A stretch of 64,000 nt of DNA, from assembly GCF_006345805.1 (NCBI RefSeq), contig NC_043005.1:70556001-70620000 (forward strand). The letters are read 5' to 3'. The DNA is from Octopus sinensis (lineage: Eukaryota). This document shows, piece by piece, positions 1 through 12,994 of the stretch (positions are counted from its first letter, which is position 1; the number at the start of each line of letters is the position of its first letter). The notes below the pieces were generated by a model that searched no databases, was not told the origin of the DNA, and saw only the letters and a list, made by a program, of their open reading frames with translations. Made by a program: the position numbers and the translations under genes.

Positions 1-801
1 AGTTTACAGTTTAGCTTTGCATCACCAGACACATTAGTTAAGATAATAGACCTTTGCTGTCTGATTTACTAACCACATCAACAAAGTAATTTTTGACTGA
101 ATTAGAAATTAATGATTTGTTTTTATTTCTAATAGTTTCTCAATTTAGAACCTTAAGAGACGTATATGAATGGAACATTAAATATCATTGTATGAAATTT
201 TGATGTCTTCTCAGTCTGCAGAACCAAGTTTAGTCTGATTCTCAGTGACCCAGCTGGAATCGATTGCCATATCCAAATCAATTTGCATGCTGCTACAATA
301 TAATTTACCAGTGTTGGATTTAACATGTAAGTAAAGCTGTATTTGCTTCTAACACTGTCAGGCCATATTCCCAATATACCAGGAATTTCAGATTTGACAC
401 TCTGCTGAATTACGATTATAAAAGTAATAAGGGAAGACCTTAGTTAAAACCAGGCCAGACTCATATAAATCAGCCAATCAGAGAATAAAGATTTGTCATA
501 ACTGCAGTATTAGCTTGTTCACAAATGTATGATCAGAAATAAAGTGTCTGGAATTATTTCTCTGATTTAATTTGACCACGAAGTGAATCTCCCTACAACC
601 AGGCACACCTGGCAAGGAAAGTATGTATACACCTGCAGATGTACTGCAGAAATGAAATACTCTGAAGGAGAAGAACTGAAATTTGATCCAATGTATAATG
701 ATGATAATTTAGAATCATTTGACAAGTATGGAAGTTTTGAAATTCAAGATGAAGTTGGAAGTGATGTTCATATTTCACGTACTCTCTCTCTCTCTCTCTC
801 T

Positions 802-1005
802 CACTCTTTTATTTGTTTCAGTCATTTGACTGTGGCCATGCTGGAGCACCGCCTTTAATTGAGCAAATTGCCTTCAGGTCTTATTCTTTCTAAGCCTAGT
901 ACTTATTCTATCGGTCTCTTTTGCCGAACTGCAAAGTTACGGGGACGTAAACACACCAGCATCGGCTGTCAAGGAATGTTGGGGGGGACAAAGACATATA
1001 CACAG

Positions 1006-1054
<49 letters not shown>

Positions 1055-1365
1055 TTTGAAAACCCCACTAGAATGGGAGAAAGCGCTAATGATCTAAGTG
1101 ATATGATATATATATATAAAAAATGTAATATACAAATAAATATCTGTAAATATAAACCATCTGATTTTCTGAGTACCTCATTTCTTCTAATATATACATA
1201 TATATATACGATGGGCTTCTTTCAGTTTCCGCCTACCAAATCCACTCACAAGGCTTTGGTCAGCCCGAGGCTACAGCAGAAGACACTTGCTCAAGGTGCC
1301 ACACAGTGGGACTGAACCTGGAACCATGTGGTTGGTAAGCAAGTTACTTACCACACAGCCACTCC
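802..1365 (-). mobile_element. tRNA-derived SINE, family A, with a ~140-bp insert in its internal TA tract
   Basis: Head (rc GGAGTGGCTGTGTGGTAAG...GGTTCAGTCCC) at right end; central CCTTGAGCAAGTGTCTT block; tail TGACTGAAACAAATAAAAGAG (rc). Matches more than 10 other copies in the window. Confidence 0.9.
1055..1193. repeat. ~140-bp dispersed repeat (family G) embedded in (TA)n
   Basis: Reverse complement matches 20855-21006 (ATTAGAARAAATGAGGTA...ATTAGCGCTTTCTCCCATTCYAGTGGGGTTTTCAAA). Confidence 0.8.
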
Positions 1366-1606
1366 GAACTGAAAGGAATGCAACAGGAAAAATAAAAAGG
1401 AAAATTGGTACACCAAATTGACATACTAGAATTAGATTGAAGACATATCAGTTTTAAGTAAGAACATAGTTTATATATGTTTCTGTCAGGTGGCTTTCAA
1501 TAAATCACTTTCTGTTTTTAGAAGGTTCATTTTAAAGTGTATTGGCTGTTGAATTTAGGCCCAGATATGGATTATATCAACTTAGTCATGACTGACAAGG
1601 TTAATC

Positions 1607-2014
1607 TTATTTCTTTATTGCCCACAAGGGACTAAACATAGAGGGTACAAACATGGACAGACAAAGGAATAGAGTCGATTACATCGACCCCAGTGTGTAA
1701 CTGGTAGTTAATTTATCGACCCCAAAAGGATGAAAGGTTAAGTCGACCATGGCGGAATTTGAACTCAGAACGTAACGGCAGACGAAATACCTATTTTTTT
1801 ACTACCCACAAGGGGCTAAACGCAGAAAGGACAAACAAATAGATTAAGTCGATTACATCGACCCCAGTGTGTAACTGGTACTTAATTTATCTACCCCGAA
1901 AGGATGAAAAGCAAAGTCGACCTCGGCGGAATTTGAACTCAGAACGTAATGGCAGACGAAATACGGCTACTCATTTCGCCCGGCGTGCTAACGTTTCTGC
2001 CAGCTCGCCACCTT
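1607..2014 (-). mobile_element. tRNA-derived SINE, family B, dimer (head plus two body units)
   Basis: Head rc AAGGTGGCGAGCTGGCAGAAACGTTAGCACGCC; two TTTCATCCTTTYGGGGT-type bodies; imperfect TSD ACAA(G/A)GTTAAT(C/A)TT on both sides. Confidence 0.9.
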
Positions 2015-2651
2015 AACAAAGTTAATATTGTCTTTCATATACAGAAGCATAGAAACTAAATTTTGTTTTTCACACTTCTCACTGGTTTCTTACATATTCA
2101 GTGTCACGAAGATAAATGTGCCTGGCCCTTGGATATATCGCATGATGTGTTTACATTTAAAGTATTTGACTGAACAGATCTAAGATATTCCAGCTATAGC
2201 TTTCTTGTATTTTCTTCTTCAATCTTAGACTTCATTATTCAACTCATTTGTATAGATGGTAGAGTGTGATTTAAAAAAACATGTATCTGTATATCCCATT
2301 ATATCGTATCATTGGTTGCAGGTTTCCTGTTAACCAATCATTGGTTCATTACATTTATGATGAGGACAGTGTGACATGGAAGCATCTGGCAGCTTAAGCA
2401 AATGAATGCTACGGAGAATTTTTATTCAAGAACAGTGGTCTAGCGCCAATTTACATCTTCCGGTGATACACTTATACACATAGACACACACACAATTCTA
2501 GATACATACACACACTCATGCGCAATACTGCATACATACACACATACACAGGCATGTGCTCACACACACATGCACACAATCACACACACATACTCATACA
2601 TGCACACAGACATATGCACACATACATACACACACTCCTACACGTACATTT

Positions 2652-3085
2652 CAAGGCGGCGAGCTGGCAGAAACGTTAGCATGACAGGCGAAATGCTTAG
2701 CAGTATTTTGTCTGCCGCTACGTTCTGAGTTCAAATTCCGCCGAGGTTAACTTAGCTTTTCATCCCTTCGGGGTCGATAAATTAAGTACCACTTATGCAC
2801 TAGGGTCGTTGTAATTGACTTAATCCCTTTATCTGTCCTTGTTTGTCCCCTCTATGTGTAGCCCTTTGTGGGCAGTAAAGAAATAAGAAATGTTAACACG
2901 CCGGGCGAAATGCTTAGCGATATTTCGTCTCCCGCTACGTTCTGAGTTCAAATTCCGCCGAGGTTGACTTAGCCTTTCATCCTTTCAAGGTTGATTAAAT
3001 AAGTACCAGTTACGCACTGGGGCCGATATAAAAGACTTAATCCGTTTGTCTGTCCTTGCTTGTCCCCTCTATGTTTAGCCCCTTA
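2652..3085 (+). mobile_element. SINE family B, tandem dimer
   Basis: AAGGCGGCGAGCTGGCAGAAACGTTAGC head at 2652; second unit restarts at ~2890 at GAAATGTTAACACGCCGGGCG. Confidence 0.9.
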
Positions 3086-3119
3086 TGCACATATACATAC
3101 ATATACACACATATACATA

Positions 3120-3258
3120 CTGTTTCTATCAACAAAAATCACAATGCTTTTGGTCAATATGTATCTAATGACAGAGCAGACTTACCCCAATGTTGCAAGG
3201 TGGAACTGAACCTTGAAACACATGGTTCTGAAGCAAACTTCTTTACCACACAACCATG
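3120..3258 (-). mobile_element. Degenerate SINE family A 5' half
   Basis: GGAACTGAACCTTGAAACACATGG...TTACCACACAACCATG resembles the rc family A head. Confidence 0.6.
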
Positions 3259-4019
3259 AGGGAGATTGGGTTGCTACTTCTAGCAGACAATGCAACCACG
3301 AAGCTTCTCCCTCCTTAGCTCATCTGTATTCAAGAAGATAAGTAAGTAGCAGAGCTAAAACTGTGGCATCGATATATCATTTGCAGTTCAGTTCAATTAC
3401 AAATGCCATCTGCTTTGAATAATCCACCTTCAATAAAAGATGTGAAATCTATACAAAAATCTAACCAATTTACAAAGTTACAGTCTAAAGAGTTATCTGA
3501 GAGTCCATGAGTCGGCGTAGGTGGAGGGGAGAATATATGATAATGAATATGTATAGACGTGTTTGTGTTAAGATTGTGAAGTATATTCTTCATGTTTGTG
3601 TAACATTGCAATTGGCTTATTGCCGATGCTTACTACCAGGTGGTCATTGGAAATTCTAAAAATAAAAACAAAAAGGAATTGAAGTAACAACCAAGTTTTT
3701 CTTCTTTTTTGTTTTAATTTTCTTTTTTTTTTTTTTCTCATTCGGAATAATGTGAAATAATCAATATTTTCAGACTTATCTAACCCATGCTGTCTGATCA
3801 TGAATATAGATAATAAAGTAATGCAATAAAATGCGTATGAAAATCTTTTTTTCCGACTGAAATTTCTGTTTTATTTGTGTGTGCGACTGAGTGTATCTCG
3901 GAATAAATCTGCATGACGTGTGTGTGTCTACGTTTATACATTTATACATATACACATCCAAACAAACAAATATTGGTGCATGTACTTGTATGTGTGTGTG
4001 TGTGTGCATACATATATAT

Positions 4020-4058
<39 letters not shown>

Positions 4059-4380
4059 TCAACTTGTGTGTCTTTGTGTGTATCTGTGTGTGTGTCTGTG
4101 TGTTTAACTTCCTGGCACATCTCCTCCTACCCAACAAATCGTAGAACCACAAAAAATGGGTCACTTAAAGTTTAGGCGAATGAAAATTGAACTGCGCTAT
4201 TTCTGTTCCGAAATTCATCTCGCAAGTGCAAAAATCGATAATGTGTTTGTTTAGGCCTTATCCCATGCATTGAATAGTGAACTTTACTCAGTCAGCTGTT
4301 TGACATGAACTGTGTTCACCACGCGTGCAAGCATGCGTAAATTGCATGAAAAACGAATCGCCATAAACATTGTAGAAATT

Positions 4381-4531
4381 CGGCAAGGATCGCCACCCAC
4401 ACCCCGCCGGAGCCTCGTGTAACGTTAGGTATGTTCGCTCAATAAACACTCACAACGCCCGGTCTGGGAATTGAAACCGTGATCCTACGAGCGTGAGTCC
4501 ACTGCCCTAACCACTGGGCCATTGTACCTCC
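4381..4531 (-). mobile_element. tRNA-derived SINE, family C, 5' part
   Basis: rc TGGAGGTACAATGGCCCAGTGGTTAGGGCAGTGGACTC...GGTTTCAATTCCCAGACCGGGCG matches the head at 51470. Confidence 0.8.
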
Positions 4532-4545
4532 ATATATATATATAT

Positions 4546-5960
4546 ATAGTCAGAATTTACAAAAACCAAAAGACGAAGACAGGTGTGTAAACAACAAACA
4601 GATGTATTAGTTTAATGCTCAGGAAGTGAGAAAGTCTTTTACGTTTCGAGCTTACACTCTTCAACAGAAAGGATCACAGAAATAAACAGGGAGCGAAAAT
4701 AGAAAAAGTTTTAGTAGCTAGCGATCTATCATGGCGAATGCCGGACATAGGGGTCATACAGGAGAGCTAGGAAGAAGGGGAGATAATAAAGTACTGGTGA
4801 TCCAAAAACAAAGGTGCACATGCGTCTGTATGTGAGAGCTTGTATATGCATGTGGAAGGAGGCTGATGACCTTGATGTGTGCATGTGTGCATGTGTAGGT
4901 GTGTGGATGTGGTCAGTGCTAGTGTGAGTGGGGTGGTGGAATTTGGCGTGGTGTGGTATAGTGGTGTGTGTTGTGGTGGTGCGTGGTGTGGTATAGTGGT
5001 GTGTGTTGTGGTGGTGCGTGGTGTGGTATGCTGTGATGGTTTGGGGGTGTGGGGAAGCAAGGATCTATGGGATGGGGTGGGGGTTTGAGGGAGACGGGAG
5101 GAGGAGATAGTCATGGTCATGGATAGTGGAGGACACAGTCTGTTGGTAGCTTGGCTTGGGGCTGGAGGGCAGAGGACAATAGGAAGAGGTGTCTTGAAGT
5201 TGGCGGAGAGCTACTGCCTTGTAGAGGTCCGCGCGTCATACCACCACAACTCCATCATTGCCTGTCGGTTTTATGATGACGTCCGTGCGGTGTCGGGGAC
5301 ATCGAATGGCCGAGGGTTCGGCTGGGAAGATGTTCAGATGTCAGGGACGCTTGGAAAAGTCAAACCGGTCCACAGCACGCTGGCAGGTGCCCTCAAAAAG
5401 ATCTACTACTTGGAACTGACCAGGAGCTAGCGTCCACTGGGATAGCCTCGACCCGGATCATTGAAGCAGTCCTCCTCGTTAGATGCAGGTGGAGTGTCGC
5501 AGTAAAGCGCACACAACCTAATGTGGCGCACAAAGCTGCGGATATCGGCAAAAGTCCGAAATTCGTTACTGGATGGTGTGAGGTGGATGAAGCGCAGACC
5601 CCTACTTAGGAGGGAGCGCTTTGCCACAGAGAAGAGAAGATCTGGAGGAATGGTAACAACGGATAGGAGAAAGGGGTGAATGAGACAGAAATAGGAGGGG
5701 TGGTGGGGCGGAAAGCTGGGAATCAGGGGTGAGGGGTATGTGGATGGGGGCCGGGAGGATTGGTGAGGGTTGGAGAGCGTATCAGGGAGGGAGAAGGGGA
5801 GGGGAGGAGTTGGAGTAGTGGCATCGGGTGTGATGGAATGGAGGAGTGAATGGAGTTTACGTTGTTTGTTGTGAGCAAAAATTTATGAAAGAGATACTTT
5901 AAATGAATTATGTAACGTAACAGTGTTTGCATGGGAGGGCGACTGAGAAGAAGGAAAATG
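4546..5960 (-). mobile_element. Penelope-like retroelement (PLE) remnant: ORF N-terminal fragments plus terminal repeat
   Basis: Minus-strand translation with frameshifts gives NKQRKLHSL, VVTIPPD..SLLSRGLRF..FADIRSFVRHIRL and HRTDVIIKPTGNDGVVVV*RADLYKAVALRQLQDTSSY. These match PLE motifs LSKGL.F / F.RRLRL / DIIIKPADKGGAVVV..Y..EA.RQL. Terminal repeat 4546-4790 is shared with 20455-20640 and 42680-42850. Confidence 0.8.
4636..4671 (-). ncRNA. Minimal hammerhead-ribozyme-like motif (PLE terminal), variant core
   Basis: rc CTTT-CTGTTGA-A-GAGT-GTAA-GCTC-GAAAC-GTA-AAAG: stem I CTTT/AAAG, stem II GAGT/GCTC, loopless palindromic stem III ACGT. Confidence 0.6.
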
Positions 5961-6675
5961 CAAGAGGAAGTAAAAGCAAGAGGGTGGAAAACTCATGAGC
6001 TCCCTGTCCAGCACACACTCTAGCTATTCCACTGTCCTAAATCAACCCTGATTGATTCGAGATATAGTCAAATTCCAAGAATGACCATTCCGTATAACCT
6101 TTAAATGCAAGAAACAAACAATCATGTTATTCCTTGTGCCATTTTCTAACATGGCAGAATATCAGTTGAAGTAATTTCATTGCTATTTCTAGCTGGGTGA
6201 GTTACCCCATAGAAGCGTTTATGTTGGCACATCCTGCTTTTTTTTTTTCAGATGTGTCTTGTCTTTTGCGTATCTGAGAGAGACAGCTTTAATAAATTAC
6301 TATGCAGCTATGACAGAGATAGAGGGGAAAGGAAGAGAGAGACAGACAGACAGACAGTTACAAATTAAGCGTTAGCATGTCTATAGATTTTTTAATTACA
6401 ACTGCCTTATGACAGTTATTAATAATTTGTCTGTACATTATAAATCTGCAGGGAAAAGAGACAACAGCTGCGTCTGTTTCAGCTCATTTACAAATCTTCA
6501 TCAGCATGAAGATGGCACTTTAAAGCATTGGCGAATTATCTGAGATGTGTTTCATTGTTATAACTTTACCATAGAACATATCTACATATTTAGTTAGCCA
6601 ACATATTGTATAACGAAGGTTGTATAGCAGATTCGAAACAGAATCAACAGACTGCCAACAGTTTTGTTGTAATTA

Positions 6676-6895
6676 CTCTCTTTTTACTCTTTTACTTCTT
6701 TCAGTCATTTGACTGCGGCCATGCTGGAGCACCGCCTTTTTAATCGAACAACTCGACCCCGGGACTTATTCTTTTGCAAGCCCAGTACTTATTCTATCGG
6801 TCTCTTTTGCCGAACCGCTAAGTAACGGGGACATAAACACACCAGCATCGGTTGTCAAGCAATGCTCGGGGGACAAACACAGACACACAAACACA

Positions 6896-6979
<84 letters not shown>

Positions 6980-7144
6980 TACGACGGGCTTCTTTCAGTT
7001 TCCGTCTACCAAATCCACTCACAAGGCTTTGGTCGGCCCGAGGCTATAGTTGAAGACACTCACCCAAGGTGCCACGCAGTGAGACTGAACCCGAAATCAT
7101 GTGGTTGGTAAACAAGCTACTTACCACACAGCCACTCCTGCGCC
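6676..7144 (-). mobile_element. SINE family A, full length, internal (TA)n expanded to ~80 bp
   Basis: Complete head, core and TAAAAGAG tail. Confidence 0.95.
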
Positions 7145-7210
7145 TAAAGTACAAAATATGCAGATTAGTCAGTCCAGTTTACTTTATATCCTATTGGTTT
7201 CAAATTCAAT

Positions 7211-8075
7211 GCAGCGATCTAGCAGAAAATTTAGCACGCCAAGTAAAATGCTGAGCGATAATTCATCTGTCTTTACATTTTGAGTTCAAACCCCACCGAG
7301 GTCGACTTCGCCTTTTATCCTTTCGGGGGTCGATAAATTACTGCGTACTGGGGTCGATCTAATCGACTAGCCTCCTCCCCCAAAATTTTGGGGTTTGTGC
7401 GTAGAGTAGAAAATAATATTGGTTTCAAATTTTGAGACAAGGCCAGAACTTTCGGGGAAGAGGTTAAGTCGATTATATTGACCCAACCCCCAGTGTTCCA
7501 GTGTTCAACTGATATTTATTTTATTGACCCTGAAAGCGATGAGAGGCAAAGTCGACTCCGGTGGAATTTGAACACAGAATATGAAGTCGGAAGAAATGCT
7601 GCTAAGCTATTTTTCCCGGCATCTTACTTCAGTAACTGATATTATTGGATTTAAAAAAGCAGCGAGCTGGCAGAAACGTTAGCACGGCGGGCAAAATGTT
7701 TAGTGGTATTTCGTCTATCTTTATGTTCTGAGTTCAAATTCCCTCGGGGTCGAATTTGCCTTTCATCATTTGGGGTCGATAAACTAAGTACCAGTTGCGT
7801 ACGAGGTCGACCTGATCGACTGTATCCATCTCCAGAAATGTCGGGCATTGTACCTAGTGTATAAAAGAATATTATTGGATTAAAAAGACAGGGAGCTAGC
7901 AGTAACAGCGTTTGGTCCGTCCTTACATTTTGAGTTCAAATTCCACCGTGTTCGACTTTGCCTTTCATTCCTTCGGGATCGATAACATGAGTACCATTTC
8001 AACTCTGGGCTCGATGTAATCGACTTATCCCTCCCCAGAAATTACTGGCCTTGTACCAAACTTTGAAATCAATAT
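7211..8075. mobile_element. Cluster of four family B SINEs with the alternative tail (+,-,+,+)
   Basis: Units at ~7211-7419(+), 7420-7625(-), 7655-7870(+), 7885-8075(+); each has TGAGTTCAAA...CTTTCATCCTTTCGGGGTCGAT-like blocks and a GGCCTTGT-type tail. Confidence 0.8.
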
Positions 8076-9914
8076 CGTAATACACAGATGAGGATGGCTA
8101 TGGCTCCACAAATAGTTGAGATGTATGTATAGTTAATTCTTCCCCACCTTTGCTATTCGCATGCATTACTGACGAATTGTTTACAAATGTAACTGTTTAT
8201 TTGTGTCACACAGAAGAGTGAGCATTACTCACTATATGTTGAAGTATAGTGTATGGTTCGTTTAAGCCGAATGTTTATCTCCGGACGTGATCACAGCTGC
8301 ATGAAACCTGGTAAGCAAGATAAACATTTATGCTGTGTACGTTTATAAGATAAAATGAAAGATGGGCTGGCGGTAGCTAATGGCATCAAAGCATTTATAA
8401 ATTAATTATACAGAAGTGAATATAAATATGATTAAGCAGAAAAACAGGCAAGTGAAAGTTCATAGAAGTTTTTCATAGACATGTAGATAACCGGAAGGTT
8501 TTTTACTGTAACAGCACAGATAAAATAGAGAATACAGATAATTCTTCGTAGATGTTCTTCTTAGATAGGTAGATTTCAAGAAAGTTCATACTCTAATGTC
8601 GCAGATAAGAGAGAAGAGCATTCGGGCAATCATTTAGAGCTGGTTTGGTAGAGTCAGTAAGTGCAGTAGTGTGCATGGTGTGTACATAACAGCGGCTCGT
8701 AGTTAAAATTAGTTGGGATGCTGCTTCAGAAATTTTTTAGCCGTCGTTTTACTATTGTGTAAAAGGAAACAAACATATAAAAAGAAAATTTATACATAAA
8801 CTTCATCGGTTCGCGTTTTAACCACTGCCGGGTAGTGTGTATAATTTGTTCACTGAACACCGCCGCGAATTCCCCCTTGTTTTTCAAAATTCCCCCCTAA
8901 ATTACAAAATAAGGTGGGGACGTTCCCTAGTTTCAAATCCTGGCAGCAACACTGAAGCTGGAAGCAGGATAATAATCTAATTCTACACTATATCACATTC
9001 AAGTAAATGATCACGTTCTTAAGCACAACACACGCGGAGACAAAAAGAAACACTACCTTTCACTCGGCACTGTCATTCACGCAGTGCTCTCTCTTCCTAG
9101 TGTGACGCTTCCTATCTTGGACATGTTAGCATGCGCACAACAATCAAACAACACGTCGCTGGAACTGTGAAGTGCACAGTTCTATACAAGAATTGTTTGT
9201 ATTTTTTTCATAAACTAGGGGATGGCTACTGACATTAAGCTTAAGGATTATATAATATACAAGTATAAAGAAAGATTTAAAGAAAAACGGACTCATTATA
9301 TCGAATGTTATCAATAATATTGAGTGGAAATAGGGGGTGCTGCAGTTCCGTAGTTCTTATACACAAGCCGCCACTGGTACATATATACAATGTAAATTGG
9401 TGTGAGCGAATGTGTATGGAATAATACAAATATTAATTATACAATCATCATCAGCAGGGAATAAAATTTTAGCGGCTGAAGGTACTCGCTGTTTGCAATA
9501 TACCGTAAAGGGAAATTATAGTCGTCAGCTAAACTTGGCTAAGGGTATATATAGTATGGAGGAAGTCTGATAAAGTCAAATATCAAAGAGAAATAAAAGC
9601 AATTAGAAGAAAAGATAAGAAAGGCCGACAAATGTCTTGCAAATGCGAGTCTTCTTGAATCTCTAGCTGCCAAATTGATGAAAATCATTCGAGTGTGTAA
9701 AGGCTTGACAGACTCAGTAGAGCATTAAAGAAAGAATGCAAATACAGACGGGAGCCAAGGCGATCAAGTTTGTGTTGGGCAAAGTAATGACTAGATACGC
9801 ATTATTATATAACAAATTAACAATCATACAGCCATATAAGTAATAATTTAAATAATGCCTAAAGGACAGTTGTTTCATCCTTTAGGAGGAACAGTTGTTT
9901 GTTCCTTCTCGACC

Positions 9915-10167
9915 CGCGCCTGGCACATAAGGGCAGGTTTCCCGGTTTCCTTGGCGTATAGGTTCCCCACCCAGATGGGACGCCGCTCCGTCGCAGGTGA
10001 GCTGCAAGGTGTGGGAGGAAAGAGTTGAGAGAAAGTTGTGGCGAAAGAGTCAGCAGAAGTTCGCCATTACCTTCTGTCGGAGCCGCGTGGAGCTAAGTTG
10101 TTTCACTCATAAACACAAGCATCGCCCGGTTTGAGATTCGAAACCACTAGGCCATGTGCCTCCACCC
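9915..10167 (-). mobile_element. SINE family C/D-like, head with internal deletion
   Basis: rc GTGGAGGCACATGGCCTAGTGGTTTCGAATCTCAAACCGGGCG; body shares segments with 51470-51868; 3' end resembles 15984-16060. Confidence 0.7.
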
Positions 10168-10679
10168 TGAATGACAGACGTCGAGTTAAAAAACCCGATA
10201 TCAAACAATACAAAAGACAAACTCGAAGAATTAGAATGGGTTCGTTAAAGCATGTACGAAAGAGTTAGAAGTACGTAACCAAAGCAAGTGAAACAGCGAT
10301 CTACAGTAAAAAAATATATAGTTACTATTTAAAATGAGATTATAAACAGAAAAGAAAAAGCAACCTTAGAAAACCTGATAAAAACCCTTTGAATGGTTAT
10401 TGCTTCAGGTATAAGGCAGCATATGAATGCCTCGTACATGATAGACAACAGGATTCAACAAGACTTGATGTAGCTGTGATGTAATCTTTTGAAAGGATTA
10501 ATGGTGCATCGTTGTTTTGATACCATAGTGTACTATAGAAAATACTATCAGTCTGACGTTGAACACACTTATCTTTTATATACGTCAATCATACCACATA
10601 TGCTATGTACATACAAGGACACACAAAACACGAACACATCTTTAAGAAAATTTAAATTTGAATCTATATAATTGTGTGC

Positions 10680-10984
10680 GTACATACATACATACATACA
10701 TAAATATATATATATATATATACATAAGTACTAGTACATATATACACACCTGCATATATATATATATATATATTTATATATTCATGTATATATATATATA
10801 TACATGTATACATATATTCATGTTTATATATATATATAAACACATACACCTACCTACAGATATATATATATACATATATATGTATGCATGTATATATATA
10901 TATATATATATATACATACATACATATGCATATATACTTATATATATATATATATATATATATATAACACATACACTTACCTAC

Positions 10985-11046
<62 letters not shown>

Positions 11047-11519
11047 ATATATATATATATACATATATGCACACACGCATGCACACATGCGTACACACAC
11101 ACACACACACATTACATTGCATAAGAGCCATTTTAGTCATCTAATAACACACCAACAACTATTAAATTTTTGCTTTTCTTATTTCTTGAGATTTTAAAAT
11201 TTTCTATACACCGCTGCATATAATTGCGCGTGTGCGTCAATATATATATGCCTACGTACACATTTCTATATATATATATATATATTACCGAAATTGGAAA
11301 CAAATTTATCGAGTTCTTTATTTCTTCGAGATAGCAATGGCAAGCATATCTTTGTTGCTCTTTGCAGTGTGCATCTTTGTATGCGCTTATGCGTGTATGT
11401 ATGTATGTATGTATGTATGTATGTATGTATGTATGTATGTATGTATGTGTGTGTGTGTGTATGTGTGTGTGTGTGCATTTACGTATTTAAAAAAGTGAGA
11501 GAAAGTGTCGAGGAGACTG

Positions 11520-11575
<56 letters not shown>

Positions 11576-11730
11576 CATACATACATATATATATACATAT
11601 ACATATATATATACATACATATATATACATATATATATACATACATATATATACATATATATATACATACATATATATACATATATATATACATACATAT
11701 ATATACATATATATACATATATATATATAC

Positions 11731-11773
<43 letters not shown>

Positions 11774-11782
11774 CATACATTT

Positions 11783-11826
<44 letters not shown>

Positions 11827-11835
11827 AAATGTATG

Positions 11836-11878
<43 letters not shown>

Positions 11879-12107
11879 GTATATATATATATGTATATAT
11901 ATGTATATATATGTATGTATATATATATACTTACAATTGTCTTTTCATACTGAGATACATTAATATATACAGAGATATCTATATTATTTAGTTTTCTTCA
12001 GTTATGTGTATTAATTTGTGAATTATGAGTGTTTTCATACATATACATACATATATGTATATGTATGTATACATATACACACATATATATGTGTGTATGT
12101 ATATATG

Positions 12108-12141
<34 letters not shown>

Positions 12142-12397
12142 TACGTACATATATATATGCGTGCGTGCAGGTATACATATGTGTGTGTATACATATACAT
12201 AAACACGCACGTATTTATACATACATACATAAACACATACAATCGTACTTACAGATGTACGTACATGCAAACATCTATACATTACACAGATTCACTCTCA
12301 CACAGATACAAACACATGCACAAACACAAATCACACGCACACACGTACATATACAAACGCACACACATACACCCACATATATAAATACATACATGCA

Positions 12398-12431
<34 letters not shown>

Positions 12432-12515
12432 CATACATACATACATACATGCATACATACATACATACATACATACATACACACATACATACATACATAC
12501 ATATATACATACAAG
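10680..12515. repeat. Large compound microsatellite field (TA, TACA/TATG, CA/TG)
   Basis: Directly visible tracts at ~10680-11110, 11385-11935 and 11960-12515. Confidence 0.98.
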
Positions 12516-12994
12516 AATCAGAGAGAAAAAGCATCAAATGCAGTCTTTCACTTTCATATTTTCGTAATTAGATTTTGTATCCATTTATGAAAGTAAAAGT
12601 TTTCCATTCCATTATGTTATATATGCTCATGAAAAACTAAACAACAACAACGACTGATAATGTTGATGGCAGTCGAGAGCAAATAATACTGTTCTTAATT
12701 GTATATGACATTCAATGTTTTTTTGTTGACATGAAGGAAATGTACTGTAAACAGCTCTGCTATCATCACCACATCTCACACTGTTCTTACTCGGTATTTA
12801 TGCTGTTCACTTTGTAGTGCTTCAAAGTCTTCCAGATTCACGCGCAAGCACCAAAACCAAACACTGTAGGAGTCTGTAGAGGAGGCTTCCATATCAATGG
12901 CTTTCGAAATCTGTTTAACTCAAGACCACCGCTCTTTCTTCAGAAAGAAAACGTCTTATCTATAAACGCTTTATCTTTAAATCTTTAAATCTTT

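Noticed and set aside
640-780. Acidic open stretch MKYSEGEELKFDPMYNDDNLESFDKYGSFEIQDEVGSD as an exon
   Set aside because: Weak splice signals and no recognisable homology; not supportable without RNA data.
3387-3510. Possible terminal exon (..QMPSALNNPPSIKDVKSIQKSNQFTKLQSKELSESP*)
   Set aside because: Only about 40 codons, poor pyrimidine tract, no recognisable family.
8600-9200. Slightly CpG-richer stretch as a promoter or first exon
   Set aside because: No firm core-promoter element; the candidate micro-exon has stops in all frames; CAGTG-ended pieces may be transposon debris.
10658-12590. Many long ORFs ([16 protein letters not shown], poly-I, poly-N) here and throughout the track
   Set aside because: They are translations of stop-free microsatellites, not genes.
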